Shown: positions 35,263 through 44,238, numbered from the stretch's first letter. The stretch is 58,108 bases of DNA from a virus (IMGVR_UViG_3300014961_000001:1-58108); one strand, 5' to 3'. Notes: generated from the letters alone by a model not told the origin. Numbers and translations are program-made.

Positions 35263-37563
35263 TTAAACTGGCTGCGGCGGTTGCTGCATTGGTTCATCAA
35301 TCGGCTGTTCTGGCTGCTGCTGTTGCATTTGCATCTGTTCCTGTTCCTGTTCTTGCTGCTGCATCATTTGGGCCTGTTGCTGTTCCATTTGTTGCTGTTC
35401 CATCATGGCTTGCTGTTCCTCCGGTGAAGGTCCTTGCCGTTGTTCTTGCTCTGGGACCAGATTCAATAGTGAATCAATTTCCTCAAGCAACTGATCAACA
35501 ACTGGTAGCGCGCCGTGGCTTTGAACCGCAATGGTTCCAGCTTCAATACCTGACTTGAGTGAATTAATCTTCTCAAATAGGGTTCGTACCTTCTGGAACT
35601 CGCCGTCAAGTACCGTCTTGGCTGCTCTGGCTTCAAGTTCTGCAATCTTGGCTGCACGTTCCTTCATTTCAAGCTCTAGTGCTGCTTGCTGCTGTTGCTG
35701 TTGCTGTTGCTTGGCCTGATTTTCTTGCTGCTCACGCTGCTGGCGTTCTTCTTCCGTTTCATTGGACGGCGGCAAGCCGGATGCTTTACGCAAACCTTCA
35801 ATTAAGCGGTCTTTGTCTGGTAGATCCTGTAACTCAATAGCTGCGGTCAACATGGAAACGGCCAATTCAGGGTTTCCGGTATGTTGTGCAATAGCACCGG
35901 CCGAACTGAGCATCTGCTCTGATAGTGCCTGGCGCATCGTGGTTCTGTAGTCACGTTCAGCAACCACAAAGTCCGACTGTGTTTTGGTAATGTCGGTTTC
36001 TGGTTCTGATTCATCATTGATTCGTGCAAACTCGACCTTATCCTTTAGGTTGTCTGCCGTAATACGGAACTGGAAAGGCTTATCCATGAATTGCTCAATC
36101 AGGCTAAGAATCAGCTCACCTTCAAGCTTTCGTCCAAGGCTATGCATATCCGTTAAAACTGTAGAGATTACCGTGCCTTGTTCCTGTCTGGCCTGAATTG
36201 CAATGCCTGAAGTGGCATTGGTATCCATCCCTCGGTTTTCCCCAGTAACACCGCTAATCTGACGAATATAAGCTGAGTTCTGTTCACCAACATTAAGCTG
36301 CTGGTTGGCTCGGTCTGAACCTTCCTGAATCTCTAGCTTTAAACCTTGCTTATATTCAACGATAGCGTCCCAGCGTGCTACTTCTTCGGCTAAGGCGGTT
36401 TTATCCTCGACTGCACCCTGCTCCATCACGACACGTACACTTGAAAGCATGTGTAATGCCTTGTTGCGGCGTATGTTTAAATCGGATTGTGGATCTTTGA
36501 TAGAGCGAATAACGCCGTATGGTGTGCCTTCCCGGTCTTTTAAATACGCATAACGGCGCACAAATGGGAAACGGTTGTGCTTGTAGGGTGATTTCTGGCG
36601 ATATAGCACTGTGTCATCGGTGTACATAGCACAGTACATTTGCTGACGTGTCACTTCTGCGACATTAAAACCATAGTGTGCAATTAGGACGGCGTGATCT
36701 TCGCTCTTTTCATCATAAGGTTGATTGTTGAATGAACCCTCACCACGTAGCAGCTTGACCTTTTCAGTCTGCTTGTACCACATTTCATAGACTTTAACGC
36801 CGTCCCTGTCCCCAGCGCTTTGCATAAAGTTCATGGTGCCGGATCTTAAATGGCGTTCACTGTCCGATGGGTCTACACCGTTTAAACCCTCATCCAATAA
36901 GTCTTGTTCTAAGACTTCCATATCTCCACTGAGGTTGATCAGCTCGGATTCTTTGTCTGGGAAATGTTTAATCAAGGATTGAAGGTCAATAATTTTGACA
37001 CGCCAGATATATTGCATATCTGTCATATCGCGTCTGCGGCTTTTGGAATCAGCAATCATATAGCGCCAGTGTTCATGCTGGATTGTAATTTGATGGTCGC
37101 CGTCCTGATTGGGTAGGTACTCTACCGCAATCCAACCTTCTCCGCCCTTGGTCATATCGCTATATGCTTCGGAACGATGCCACCTAGCGTTATTAATATC
37201 GTCAATGTACTTGGCCAGCTTAGACTTATGAATGCTTGCCTTAGAATCATCCTCGGTACGTGGCAGGATAGCCCAGTCTGTACGGATACGGCGTTCGCCA
37301 CCAAGCAACCAATCCACTGTCGGTTTGATTTCGTTAAACACACGTGGGGTTTGGTTACGGCGTTCGTATTCGGCCAGTTCTTCTTCGGTATGCTGATCAC
37401 CGTCATAGAAAGCCACATCATTGGCGCGTTTCGTGCGTGAATCGGACTGAATATCTAGCTCACGCTGATATAAACCATGCGCCCACGCTAAAAACTGACC
37501 ATCTTCACTATCTATGAAGTCCTGATCAAGCTCACCTGATCGTTCTGAATCTAAAATTGCCAT
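35263..37563 (-). CDS. Portal protein (766 aa) with Gln-rich low-complexity C-terminus
   Basis: Its size and its position after the large terminase (with one small ORF between them). The C-terminal poly-Q and QQxEQ tracts are low-complexity. Confidence 0.7.
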   Translation of the reverse strand: MAILDSERSGELDQDFIDSEDGQFLAWAHGLYQRELDIQSDSRTKRANDVAFYDGDQHTEEELAEYERRNQTPRVFNEIKPTVDWLLGGERRIRTDWAILPRTEDDSKASIHKSKLAKYIDDINNARWHRSEAYSDMTKGGEGWIAVEYLPNQDGDHQITIQHEHWRYMIADSKSRRRDMTDMQYIWRVKIIDLQSLIKHFPDKESELINLSGDMEVLEQDLLDEGLNGVDPSDSERHLRSGTMNFMQSAGDRDGVKVYEMWYKQTEKVKLLRGEGSFNNQPYDEKSEDHAVLIAHYGFNVAEVTRQQMYCAMYTDDTVLYRQKSPYKHNRFPFVRRYAYLKDREGTPYGVIRSIKDPQSDLNIRRNKALHMLSSVRVVMEQGAVEDKTALAEEVARWDAIVEYKQGLKLEIQEGSDRANQQLNVGEQNSAYIRQISGVTGENRGMDTNATSGIAIQARQEQGTVISTVLTDMHSLGRKLEGELILSLIEQFMDKPFQFRITADNLKDKVEFARINDESEPETDITKTQSDFVVAERDYRTTMRQALSEQMLSSAGAIAQHTGNPELAVSMLTAAIELQDLPDKDRLIEGLRKASGLPPSNETEEERQQREQQENQAKQQQQQQQQAALELEMKERAAKIAELEARAAKTVLDGEFQKVRTLFEKINSLKSGIEAGTIAVQSHGALPVVDQLLEEIDSLLNLVPEQEQRQGPSPEEQQAMMEQQQMEQQQAQMMQQQEQEQEQMQMQQQQPEQPIDEPMQQPPQPV

Positions 37564-37992
37564 TTATCGAGCATCCAAAATAACTTTATCGTTCACTCTG
37601 ATTAATGCTTGTGACTGCTCAAGTATCTTTTGCTCCTTCTTCCAAAGTCGCATCTGATCCTCTGGTGGGTGCAATACAAGTTCGTCTGTGTGGTCAAGCA
37701 ATAGATCGGCCATGCGGTGCAAATTGTCTTTATCGGCAGATCCAAAAAGTTTAACTGTTGCGTCATGTGCCATTTGAATCAGCTCTTTCGTATCCAATAC
37801 GGCGTGCATGTTTTGTCTAAGGATGATGTGCATTCGACCTATCCCAAAGGAACGGCGCATGATAAGCAAGGCTGCATCATCGACTGGTTCCTTGCCATGC
37901 TCACGAATAACCACGTTCACGACTGCTGCGCGTACACCGAACTTATCTCTAACATTGAGTTCTTTTAAAATGCCGTATTCGATATTTATCAC
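37564..37992 (-). CDS. Hypothetical protein (142 aa) between terminase and portal
   Basis: ORF abutting both neighbours. Confidence 0.5.
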   Translation of the reverse strand: MINIEYGILKELNVRDKFGVRAAVVNVVIREHGKEPVDDAALLIMRRSFGIGRMHIILRQNMHAVLDTKELIQMAHDATVKLFGSADKDNLHRMADLLLDHTDELVLHPPEDQMRLWKKEQKILEQSQALIRVNDKVILDAR

Positions 37993-39512
37993 AGCCTGTT
38001 GCTCCGTCTGTTATCTCGTTTATTTCTCACCGGTTCAGTGATTGCAAATCTCAGCATCATCACGCCGTAACGCATGGCATCAATAAAGTCGTCATTGATC
38101 TTGACAATCTTTCCGTCCTTACGGTGATAGATACGTTTTTCGTCAAGTAGGCGATGACACGTTTTGAATATCTTGAATTTGCCTTTTTTCATGTACTGCA
38201 AAATCAAGCTGATTGACGCTTCAACTGAGTTTGATCCGTCTGGCAATGTGGCTTTCTCATGCAGCATGTTCAGCTTGGTTGCTAAATACTGCTCTTTGAT
38301 TGGCTCACCACCACCTTTCTCAGTGTTCACGCCGTCATGCGGCCATGCGACTGGTGCAAAGTCACACAATGCTCGGATATTTGGCGCATGTTCCACCGGT
38401 GTCTTGCGTGAAGCACCATATTCAGCCACGGCGTAAATCGTATCTGTATCCCGATCCCAAGCAAGGTTGACTGCTGCCGTTGGGTGATCCCATCCGAAGT
38501 CCATGCCAGTAATGCGCGGCCAATGCTTAGGAATATCGAACGGATCAACCATAATGTCCTCATCTGGGACAGGGTAGATCGAACCGGAACCACTGATCGG
38601 TACACCTTTAGAACGTGCATCATGTTCGTGTATTGGGAACTCAGCCAGTAATTCTTTCTTGGTTTTCTCGCTTAAATGGGGTGCATCATCCCATCCAGCC
38701 TGAACCATGATCGTTGCGCCGTTCTTAGCCTTCTCCATGAAGTCCAGAATCATGGCCGTTAAGCCTTCCAACGGCGTAAACGTGATTAAAACGATACCGT
38801 CTGTTGTTGCGGTACGTGTTAAACACTCTGTGTATACGTCTTGTGGCGGTTCCTCATCCAGATGGATAAGGTGCTGCGCTGTACCCTCAAACGATCCACG
38901 GCCCTGTTGGTATGATTTAAGGCCTAGCTTTGACCATCCGCCGTCCTTATGACGGATCAGGATCGTATCTGCTAGATCCTGTACACCTTGCCGCCAGGTA
39001 ATCTTCCCGATTAAGTGTTTCGGGATTAAGCCTGTACCATCGAAGGTCTTTTTACCTTTCTCATAGGTCACGTTACCCAGCAATTCAAGCTGGATAATGT
39101 CACGTGTGGTTTCGTTGGTCTTACCAGCTACCCATGCCCGGATCGGCTCATTAAATACCTTGCCTTCCCACCACTCAGGATAAAGGCCAGATAAGTGGTA
39201 AACATCCTCGGTACATCCGGTAATTGTTTTACCTACCCGGTTGCCGGCCATGAATAAGCGCGAACGTACCGTTGCACCAGCCTTAAAGAAGGCCATGTGC
39301 TTGTGATACAACTCGCGCCGTAATGGTCCCTCATCCGGGAAAAATTGAAACAGCTTGCTATTGGCTCTGGTTTCCAGCTCTTTTAAGAGATTCTTTAACT
39401 TCTTCTTTTGCTCCCTGGTCATTTCTGCCAGTAGCTTATATCTCGAATCCGCCGATAAGCTCTTGAATTTCTTTATCCAGCTCTGTGTCTGTGAGCTTAT
39501 CGTCTGCATCAT
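37989..39512 (-). CDS. terL: Terminase large subunit (up to 507 aa; an alternative ATG at 39422 avoids the 77-nt overlap)
   Basis: ATPase Walker A-like MAGNRVGKT, Walker B LIHLDEEP, and a C-terminal nuclease region with acidic residues. Confidence 0.85.
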   Translation of the reverse strand: MMQTISSQTQSWIKKFKSLSADSRYKLLAEMTREQKKKLKNLLKELETRANSKLFQFFPDEGPLRRELYHKHMAFFKAGATVRSRLFMAGNRVGKTITGCTEDVYHLSGLYPEWWEGKVFNEPIRAWVAGKTNETTRDIIQLELLGNVTYEKGKKTFDGTGLIPKHLIGKITWRQGVQDLADTILIRHKDGGWSKLGLKSYQQGRGSFEGTAQHLIHLDEEPPQDVYTECLTRTATTDGIVLITFTPLEGLTAMILDFMEKAKNGATIMVQAGWDDAPHLSEKTKKELLAEFPIHEHDARSKGVPISGSGSIYPVPDEDIMVDPFDIPKHWPRITGMDFGWDHPTAAVNLAWDRDTDTIYAVAEYGASRKTPVEHAPNIRALCDFAPVAWPHDGVNTEKGGGEPIKEQYLATKLNMLHEKATLPDGSNSVEASISLILQYMKKGKFKIFKTCHRLLDEKRIYHRKDGKIVKINDDFIDAMRYGVMMLRFAITEPVRNKRDNRRSNRL

Positions 39513-40140
39513 CAGTCTTATTACCTGTTACTTCAATGATCTTGATCTCTGCCTTGATTTTCTTCGAGCTAAGGATCTGCTGCTCAAGTCGTGCAATGAG
39601 TGAAGTTAATCGAACAAACTCACCCTGAAAGTCACGCCGTTGAAAGGTTCTCTTGCGCTCAAAAATGTCTGATTCCTTGGCTGGATCTCCTTCATCGAAT
39701 AAGTGTTCTTCATCGCCGTCTGGGTCGTATTCCTCCCCGGCTTGTCTGGCTGATCTGACTAGCATTTTGAGAAAGTCTTTTTTCTTCTTATCCTTCTCTT
39801 TTTCTTCCTCGGTTTGGACAATGGTTTTTTCTTCAACCTTATCCAAATACGGCGTATCACCAGCCTTCTGCTGTTCCTGTAACAGCCTGAATAGCTGCAA
39901 TCGAGCGATAGCTAGTTCATTCTCGACTGAGCCTTGCATCTCCTGTGCTGCATCCATCTCCGCATTTGAAAATAATTTGGAGTAGATGCCATGCTTTAGG
40001 GCATTCTGGCTGCCCTTTGGTGGTCCTTTGGATGCACCGCCGTGTAATCGACATTTGCCAGTACCAAGATGATCAGTCCCCTGACCTGCCTGATACTGAC
40101 ATTTGCCGCCGCTTTTGGTTTTCGCACCGCATTTTTTCAT
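39436..40140 (-). CDS. terS: Putative terminase small subunit (234 aa)
   Basis: It lies immediately upstream of terL. The N-terminal Cys-rich, basic motif CGAKTKSGGKC...GKCRLHGGASKGPPKGSQNALKHGIYS is seen in small-terminase-like phage proteins. The C-terminus is an acidic coiled coil. Confidence 0.5.
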   Translation of the reverse strand: MKKCGAKTKSGGKCQYQAGQGTDHLGTGKCRLHGGASKGPPKGSQNALKHGIYSKLFSNAEMDAAQEMQGSVENELAIARLQLFRLLQEQQKAGDTPYLDKVEEKTIVQTEEEKEKDKKKKDFLKMLVRSARQAGEEYDPDGDEEHLFDEGDPAKESDIFERKRTFQRRDFQGEFVRLTSLIARLEQQILSSKKIKAEIKIIEVTGNKTDDADDKLTDTELDKEIQELIGGFEI

Positions 40141-40187
40141 CTGTTGTGCTACTCACCACTGTAAAAAAGACCGCAACAAACAGTTAA

Positions 40188-40201
40188 TGAGCAATTGCTC
40201 A
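40188..40201. repeat. 14-bp perfect palindrome tgagcaattgctca upstream of terS
   Basis: Read directly. It lies in the 75-bp gap between the endolysin stop and the terS start. Confidence 0.85.
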
Positions 40202-40215
40202 CGGTCAAACTAGAC

Positions 40216-40743
40216 TCAAGCTTCATTCGTACTGACTTGGCCGTTGCTATTCAGCAAAGGTAGGTCGTAACGTGAAGCCCAAGGTAAATCCTGAGTACCG
40301 CACCAGCGATAAGCCAGTACACGATCCACGGCGAACGGTTTGATATTGACTGCATCAGATTGATTGCCACCCAATACCATGATGTTTCCCTTCTGATCCT
40401 TGCCGACTACGATGCCTACGTGACCACCACCACTACGGTTAAAGACAACGATGCAGCCATAAGCAGGTTTATTTAGCGCCGTGCCTACGTTCGCCCAGTC
40501 TTTTGCTCGATAGAACGTCTTAGGGATATGGTGATCTAATCCAGCTCTAGCCATGCAATACGCCGTGAATGCACCACACCAAGCCGTTTCATCATCTCTA
40601 ATCCAAGTCTTTTGCTTAGTGGCCTGAAATGACAGCTCCCACATAGCAACAATCACTGGGTTATGCTTAGCGCCTTTAACCTCAAGTGTTCCAATCTTCA
40701 AGCGACCAATGCCGACCCATTTAAGTTCTGATTGTTTAGTCAT
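40216..40743 (-). CDS. Endolysin, NlpC/P60-CHAP-like peptidoglycan hydrolase (TIGR02594-like, 175 aa from ATG 40743)
   Basis: WCGAFTAYCMARAGL (catalytic Cys context) and GGGHVGIVVG. The ATG at 40743 overlaps the upstream stop (ATGACTAA). The longer track start is unlikely. Confidence 0.7.
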   Translation of the reverse strand: MTKQSELKWVGIGRLKIGTLEVKGAKHNPVIVAMWELSFQATKQKTWIRDDETAWCGAFTAYCMARAGLDHHIPKTFYRAKDWANVGTALNKPAYGCIVVFNRSGGGHVGIVVGKDQKGNIMVLGGNQSDAVNIKPFAVDRVLAYRWCGTQDLPWASRYDLPLLNSNGQVSTNEA

Positions 40744-40993
40744 TAGCAGCTCCAATGTATTTGTGATGATTCCTGTAAAAGCCGTATGTAAAACAACAAG
40801 CGGCAATAACCACGGCGACCCACGCATAAGGGGCAGAAAAAATGCCCATTAGCGAAGCTATGAGCATTGATGTAATTCCGTTATAGGTAGAGAAACACCG
40901 CTTGATTGGGATCATGAGTAGAAGGCCCATAATCAGACCCACCACAATCCATGTAATTTGTAAATTACTCATGTCCTTTTCCTCCGTCTGCAC
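40736..40993 (-). CDS. Holin or lysis membrane protein candidate (85 aa, 2-3 TM)
   Basis: Hydrophobic segments ITWIVVGLIMGLLLMIPI and MLIASLMGIFSAPYAWVAVVIAACCF, directly upstream of the endolysin. Confidence 0.55.
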   Translation of the reverse strand: MQTEEKDMSNLQITWIVVGLIMGLLLMIPIKRCFSTYNGITSMLIASLMGIFSAPYAWVAVVIAACCFTYGFYRNHHKYIGAAND

Positions 40994-41414
40994 CCATCCA
41001 CTTGGTGATAAACGTTCTTAAGCTACGCATTGCCACAGGTAGCAGGTCAAATACCAAAGCTTTAAGGCTTGGCACGACTGCCGGGGCCACAAACGACACG
41101 CCACCGACCCAAGCTGCATGTACCAGGCTTAATTCCTTCTCGTAAAAAACGATATAAACAAGCGCGGTAATGCTGCCAAAGACTGAATAAACAATCTTCG
41201 CTATAGGCTTGGTTGGGGGTACGCCGTCTGGATCTGGCGTTACTGCGGATGCCAAACAACCTAAGACCATCATTACTCCGCAAAGAATGATGATTAGCTC
41301 GTTTGGATATTGGCTAACTGCTGTGTGATATACACCTTCTGCATGTGCCTTCTTAACAAAAGAAAGCACCGGAAGGCTTAACCAGACGGCTAGCCGGGTA
41401 AATAAACCGAACAT
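40965..41414 (-). CDS. Holin or lysis membrane protein candidate (149 aa, about 4 TM)
   Basis: Four hydrophobic segments. It is the first gene of the lysis cluster. Confidence 0.5.
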   Translation of the reverse strand: MFGLFTRLAVWLSLPVLSFVKKAHAEGVYHTAVSQYPNELIIILCGVMMVLGCLASAVTPDPDGVPPTKPIAKIVYSVFGSITALVYIVFYEKELSLVHAAWVGGVSFVAPAVVPSLKALVFDLLPVAMRSLRTFITKWMGADGGKGHE

Positions 41415-41466
41415 TGTTGAGTACCGATTGCTATAAAAACTGTTATGTTCGGCTCGGTTGGTATTC

Positions 41467-41931
41467 TTAAACGGCGTTAGCGATACGATCTTTTAAGATC
41501 TGGTTGTACTGACGCATGTGGAACTGCTGACGTGTCATAAAGATCCATTGTTCATCTGTGATGAAATCAGGCTTGCGTTCAGCATCCAGGGTTTTATTCA
41601 AAGCATCTAATTTAATCTGAAGCTCTGCTTGTTCCAGCTTCACACGATCCAACCAGGTAGACGGCGCTGCTTTGTAGTTCTGCTGGAATACTTCATCTGA
41701 ACATGGGTAGAAGTCAGTGTCGTTCTGCATAATGATCCAGTCACCGCGATTAGCCTCAACCTGACCATGTACGCCGTTCAGGTAAATGCTTTCTTCGCCT
41801 AAACTCGCTTCAAGGCTTCCACCGACAAAATCAGCAATCTTGTCCTGTGCTTCATCCATTGAGATGTTCACATCATCCCACTGGTATTGAATAGCGGTAA
41901 TTTCAATCGGGTTTTTAACGTATTTATTCAT
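41467..41931 (-). CDS. Hypothetical early protein (154 aa)
   Basis: ORF with a small N-terminal beta-domain (RGDWIIMQNDTDFYPCSDEVF) and a C-terminal coiled coil. Confidence 0.5.
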   Translation of the reverse strand: MNKYVKNPIEITAIQYQWDDVNISMDEAQDKIADFVGGSLEASLGEESIYLNGVHGQVEANRGDWIIMQNDTDFYPCSDEVFQQNYKAAPSTWLDRVKLEQAELQIKLDALNKTLDAERKPDFITDEQWIFMTRQQFHMRQYNQILKDRIANAV

Positions 41932-42431
41932 TCTGTAATCATCCAGTCCGATGCAAATAAGTCACCAGCGGAAGGAATCCACCCCATGATGATCATGCCC
42001 TGTGCATTTTTGAGTGTGATACACGGCGCAACTTTGGCAGATCCACCGTTCTGACGTGCAAATTCTGCGTTATGTGGCGACCAGAAGTTACCAGCTGCAA
42101 CGTCCTTGGTTTCAGGGCATGAGATAGAAAGCCACTGATCCGCGCCGTTCCAGCCCTTACGTGTAATCTTGTCACCCTGCTTAAGCAGCTCTAATGCTTT
42201 GCTGAATGAGAAATACGGCGATACCCCTTTAATCCAGCCATGTTTAAGGCCGTGCCGTACCGCTACATCAAAAGCATTATCCTCTGCAATCAATGGATTA
42301 AAGTGAGTGCCGATTGCAACGGCGTTGTCTTTAAGCACCAGTGATACTCGGTATTCCTGTTCGCGGTCATAAAATTTAGATACCATATCTTTGATGTGCG
42401 CTCTGATCTGGCGCTTTAGTTCAATACTCAT
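41928..42431 (-). CDS. DUF2829 (Tad2-type) domain protein with about 70-aa N-terminal extension (167 aa)
   Basis: The C-terminal half FSFSKALELLKQGDKITRKGWNGADQWLSI...ITLKNAQGMIIMGWIPSAGDLFASDWMI matches the DUF2829 pattern (ALExLKxGxKxxRKGWNG ... DLLAxDW), recalled from memory. Confidence 0.65.
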   Translation of the reverse strand: MSIELKRQIRAHIKDMVSKFYDREQEYRVSLVLKDNAVAIGTHFNPLIAEDNAFDVAVRHGLKHGWIKGVSPYFSFSKALELLKQGDKITRKGWNGADQWLSISCPETKDVAAGNFWSPHNAEFARQNGGSAKVAPCITLKNAQGMIIMGWIPSAGDLFASDWMITE

Positions 42432-43084
42432 TCATTGTCACCAGTGCTACGGCTTTGTAGCGGTGTGTACTGATCAAGGCTTGCTTTTTGATGTTCTTCT
42501 AGTACAGCTAATCGACAATTATTGGCTTCTAATTCGAGTCGCTCATATTCCGTCATCATTCGAGAATCTAAGCTGTGAAGGCGTGTAATGTCTGCCGATG
42601 TATGTCCATCCCACTCAGGCGCACGATCCAGCTCTGCAACATTGAATGAATCCCAGAACTCCATCTTGTAGTGATAAGTGAAAGAGCCTTCTGGTGTATT
42701 GATCCCGACAATAAAGTAATTCGGGTACATGGTCCCATCATCATGAAGCTTGGATTTCCATGCGTGAGATTTATTCTGGTGGCATATCACCTTGAACAAT
42801 TCCATTCTATGCGCGTACAGCTCTTGAAAAGTGTGATAACCGTCCGTTAATTGGCTCGGATTCACAATATTTGGCGCACCAATGGCAGAACGGACAAAGC
42901 AGTCCTTCGCTTCAAGCATCTTTCGTAACGCCGTGGACTTCTCTGGTCCATCAGGCAATTGCTCATTAAGTAGCTGTGCGGTATGTGCTATGACCATGCT
43001 CACGTTTTTCAACGGCGCTGGTAAATGTGCGTATGCAAAATACTGCATGATTGGATTTTCTTTATTGACTTGATCGGTAGGCAT
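42428..43084 (-). CDS. WDGH-motif phage protein with a separate helical N-terminal domain (218 aa)
   Basis: DGYHTFQELYAHR ... APEWDGHTS core. The N-terminal roughly 70 aa (FAYAHLP...LRKMLEAKDCFVRS) looks like an independent small helical phage domain. Confidence 0.5.
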   Translation of the reverse strand: MPTDQVNKENPIMQYFAYAHLPAPLKNVSMVIAHTAQLLNEQLPDGPEKSTALRKMLEAKDCFVRSAIGAPNIVNPSQLTDGYHTFQELYAHRMELFKVICHQNKSHAWKSKLHDDGTMYPNYFIVGINTPEGSFTYHYKMEFWDSFNVAELDRAPEWDGHTSADITRLHSLDSRMMTEYERLELEANNCRLAVLEEHQKASLDQYTPLQSRSTGDNE

Positions 43085-43110
43085 AGTTTCGACCTGTAAT
43101 TATTTGAAAT

Positions 43111-43140
43111 AAAAAAACCCGACTAATGGGAGCCGGGTTT
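43111..43140 (-). terminator. Intrinsic terminator (minus strand)
   Basis: aaacccg/cgggttt stem followed on the minus strand by seven T residues. Confidence 0.7.
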
Positions 43141-43357
43141 CCTGTTGAATGGTTCTTTTTGCGCTGAAAAATTCAACTAAACTAAACGCCTTAAGAGCAA
43201 TTACTGACTAACGCCGTTAAGAATGTCCAGAATAGATTGGAATATATATAAACGGCATTTGAAAATCAAGTGTGTTTTTTATACTCGTTTATATTTACTT
43301 ATAAGTTTTCAATCATATTTATTTGAAAATTTGATTGATTAATATTAGTATTCTCTT

Positions 43358-43451
43358 GTCTTGAGATTGCTCTCGGTAGTTGAATTATTCACTACACTCC
43401 TATTATCGCAAAGAAAACCCCTTTACCCATTTCGGCAAAGGGGTTTTTTTT
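43358..43451 (+). ncRNA. Candidate small RNA of about 94 nt (promoter TTGAAA-17-TAGTAT to a strong terminator), antisense-complementary to the repressor RBS
   Basis: The -35 is at 43323-43328 and the -10 at 43346-43351. The terminator stem 43418-43443 is followed by eight T residues. There is no ATG or ORF in between. Bases 43395-43410, cactcctattatcgca, are the exact reverse complement of 49734-49749. Confidence 0.45.
43418..43451. terminator. Strong bidirectional intrinsic terminator
   Basis: cccctttacc/ggcaaagggg stem (one mismatch) with T8 on the plus strand and ttttctt on the minus strand. It ends both the 158-aa gene and the candidate sRNA. Confidence 0.8.
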
Positions 43452-43467
43452 GCCCAAAAATTATGAT

Positions 43468-43944
43468 TTAAGTTTTAATTTTGTAGACTTCTTGTGAAAT
43501 TGTTTCCATTTGTCTCTCTATCTGGTTTAGGCGATATACTAAAGACTGTAGCTCCGCCGTCTGGCTAAATTGAGAAGAATTAGAGTTTTCTATTTTATAA
43601 CCGTTACTTATAAAAACTTTTAGTCTTGTATATTTCTCATTATAAATACCTAGCAAATTAGTATGATTTAATCGAAGCCGGTGCATATCTGAATTGATCA
43701 TCCTAAAATAATCGTCTGAGCCATGCACAAAAAGTATTGGTAAGCTCATAAACGATAAACCGTTCATACATAAAGCTATATCCTTATTCATTTCATGATC
43801 ATGAAGCAATTCATGCACAAATTTAAGGTGAAATTGCGGTGACATTTCAATTGCTGCTACCTCAAAAGGGCTATTTAGCATCGTATCTGATATTTTTTTG
43901 ATCAATTGCGGCATAACTTTGTAAATCCCAAAACTTATATTCAT
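43468..43944 (-). CDS. Hypothetical 158-aa protein in an AT-rich, terminator-bracketed moron-like unit
   Basis: ORF with its own upstream AT-rich region and downstream terminator. No family was recognised. Confidence 0.55.
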   Translation of the reverse strand: MNISFGIYKVMPQLIKKISDTMLNSPFEVAAIEMSPQFHLKFVHELLHDHEMNKDIALCMNGLSFMSLPILFVHGSDDYFRMINSDMHRLRLNHTNLLGIYNEKYTRLKVFISNGYKIENSNSSQFSQTAELQSLVYRLNQIERQMETISQEVYKIKT

Positions 43945-44101
43945 TTATATTTTGCATGTTATATCGTGCTAAAAAATTATGCTTGACAATTTGCATCATG
44001 GGGTTAATTCCTAAAAAGTAGGATTAACCCTGATTTAACCGGGTGGATATTGGTTAAATTATTGTTTTTAAATAAAAAATCACGGCGTTAATTAAAATCA
44101 T

Positions 44102-44124
44102 TAAAAAAGGCCCGATGTGGGCCT
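44102..44124 (-). terminator. Intrinsic terminator after the 29-aa peptide ORF
   Basis: Minus strand: aggccc-acatc-gggcct followed by tttttt. Confidence 0.7.
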
Positions 44125-44148
44125 ATTTTGATGGTTGGTTTTGGCAGA

Positions 44149-44238
44149 TTATGCCAATCCAGTTGAATGTAAATAGAAAGCCAGAAATATGCCGCTGACT
44201 GAACCTAGTGTAATAAAAACCGCTAAACTTTTGTCCAT
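44149..44238 (-). CDS. Small hydrophobic peptide (29 aa), absent from the ORF track
   Basis: MDKSLAVFITLGSVSGIFLAFYLHSTGLA forms a single TM-length hydrophobic stretch and is followed directly by a terminator. The RBS is weak. Confidence 0.4.
   Translation of the reverse strand: MDKSLAVFITLGSVSGIFLAFYLHSTGLA

Noticed and set aside
35280-35720. CAG/CAA-rich tracts as a slippage-prone microsatellite or phase-variation switch
   Set aside because: The repeats are imperfect codon mixtures encoding the Gln-rich portal C-terminus. No homopolymeric or perfect tandem tract long enough for slippage was seen.
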